A stretch of 63,312 nt of DNA, the filler included, from Octopus bimaculoides (taxonomy: Eukaryota): NCBI RefSeq assembly GCF_001194135.2. It is 9 parts of 9 records of this genome, joined end to end, with 100 filler letters (N's around TTAATTAATTAA, not from the genome) between each part and the next. Parts side by side here need not be neighbours in the genome. Positions count along the whole stretch, not along the records: positions 60,708 to 61,889 come from NC_069006.1; positions 61,990 to 63,312 come from NC_068995.1; 7 more parts are not named here. One strand, written 5' to 3'. Of the stretch, positions 61,680 through 63,312 are shown piece by piece. Position numbers and translations under genes: made by a program. The notes beneath the pieces were generated by a model that saw nothing but the letters and a program-made list of their open reading frames with translations, was not told the origin of the DNA and ran no database searches. Positions within the stretch are counted from its first letter, which is position 1. Each line of letters starts with the position of its first letter.

Positions 61680-61790
61680 CGTCACACCTTGGGCAAGTGT
61701 CTTCTCCTGTAGCCTCGAGCAGACCAAAGCCTTGTGAGTGAGTTTGGTAGATGGAAACTGAAAGCCCATCGTATATATATATATATATAT
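61680..61790 (+). mobile_element. SINE family A fragment
   Basis: CACCTTGGGCAAGTGTCTTCT...GGTAGATGGAAACTGAAAGCCC. Confidence 0.8.
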
Positions 61791-61933
61791 ATAAACAAAT
61801 AGTAAATGAGTATATGCATATATACGTACAGGTATGTGCATACCGACATCCACCTGTATGTATAGGTGCATATCTGGGTACAGGACATTNNNNNNNNNNN
61901 NNNNNNNNNNNNNNNNNNNNNNNNNNNNNNNNN

Positions 61934-61945
61934 TTAATTAATTAA
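61934..61945. other. Artificial contig-joining spacer
   Basis: TTAATTAATTAA within a 100-nt N spacer. Confidence 0.95.
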
Positions 61946-62989
61946 NNNNNNNNNNNNNNNNNNNNNNNNNNNNNNNNNNNNNNNNNNNNGTATATATATT
62001 AGGAAAATAAGACAAGGTAGAAAATGCTAAAGTAATTTTGTCAAGATGAACATTTTAGTACCGGTTTCAATCTTTGCGACTTTTCAACTCAGAGTAATAT
62101 CTGAAAAACAATTCAATTGTGGAAAAATTAAGTGAAAATTTTTTAAAAAAATATTTCCATGGTTTTCAAAAACAAGGGACAATTTCCTTTTCTCTGTCTA
62201 TGTATATTTGTGTATGCATATACAACTTCTAACGCGCAAGCACATTCACACAGGCAAATACACATATGTACATGCACATTTGCACTTCATCAAAATTATA
62301 TATCCAGAGATAACTATGCCTCTCTGTGCCAGGGTGCAATTATGTTCGTATATGTGCATATATAGTTCTGTATGCCTATTTGTAGGCACTTACCAACCTG
62401 CCTGTATTTCTATATCTCTTTCTACACATCTAACACCACTGTATTCCTTCTCCTTCTGTAGCTCTCGACTAGTATCCAGGGACATTATATTCTGTTATGA
62501 ATGTCTTATTTTGACTGCAGCTGTCTCTTTATTTCTAATATAGTAAATTATTGAATTTCTAATTTTCACTACGAGCCGAAACCTCAACCACACACATACA
62601 CTCATGCACACACTCACACAGAAAGGATTTCAGTTGACATATAGACACATATACATACACACATGTACATAGACACGTCTGCAGACAGTTACAAATACGC
62701 AAATGCATCGTAACACACATATACATATGCATATGTTGTGTAACTGAAGAGACATTCGATCTCCTGTGCATACATCGGTACTCGGGGATTTCTATATACA
62801 GTAATACGTGTGTGGGTGGGTGTGATATACACATGCATACATACATACATACATACATACACACATGCATGTATCCATGCATACATACATACGCATATAT
62901 ATATGTATGTTTATGTTTTTGTATCTGTGTTTGTCAACCACATTGCCTGACGATAGAAACAAATTTAAAAGACATATGAGTGTATATAT

Positions 62990-63265
62990 ACTCTTTACTC
63001 TCTCTTTTGCTCTTTTACTTGTTTCAGTCATTTGACTACGGCCATGCTGGGGCACCGCCTTTAGTCGAGCAACTCGACCCCAGGACTTATTCTTTGTAAG
63101 CCTAGTACTTATTCTATCAGTCTCTTTTTGCCGAACCGCCAAGTTACGGGGACGCAAACACACCAGCATCGGTCGTCAAGCGAAGCTGGGGGGACAAACA
63201 CAGACACACAAACATATACACACACATACATATATATATATACATATATATGACGGGCTTCTTTA
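62990..63265 (-). mobile_element. SINE family A, 3' part
   Basis: Tail and body motifs in reverse orientation. Confidence 0.85.
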
Positions 63266-63312
63266 TAGTATTTATAAATCTTAAACAAGAATATTAATGG
63301 CGAGTGACTCCA

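Overview
Eukaryotic, repeat-saturated genomic DNA. The SINE families and the (TA)n/(CA)n/(CAT)n microsatellite load look like an Octopus (coleoid cephalopod) draft assembly; this is inferred from recognition of the repeats, not from a search. The window is not one contiguous locus: eight artificial 100-nt spacers (N44-TTAATTAATTAA-N44) join nine separately assembled pieces, and there are many ordinary N gaps. Most ORFs in the supplied track are gap or microsatellite artefacts. Host coding sequence I can support: three spliced + strand exons of an MS4A/CD20-like membrane protein (47189-53055, 3' end not found) and one candidate symmetric exon (17791-17865, -). The rest is mostly mobile DNA: a decayed, nearly full-length RTE LINE and several RTE fragments, an L1/Tx1 fragment, a Penelope GIY-YIG remnant, Merlin, mariner/Tc1, Helitron and piggyBac-type remnants, LTRs, several SINE families and two long foldback palindromes. 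Two features stand out. (1) A ~2.7 kb, very AT-rich array (6150-8900) of a degenerate ~390-bp protein-like repeat on the - strand, in which stop codons recur at aligned positions and swap with CAA/CAG. (2) A structurally complete type I hammerhead ribozyme (30576-30667, -) of the Penelope-associated kind, with further decayed copies. No prokaryotic features, CRISPR arrays, rRNA or genuine tRNA genes were found.
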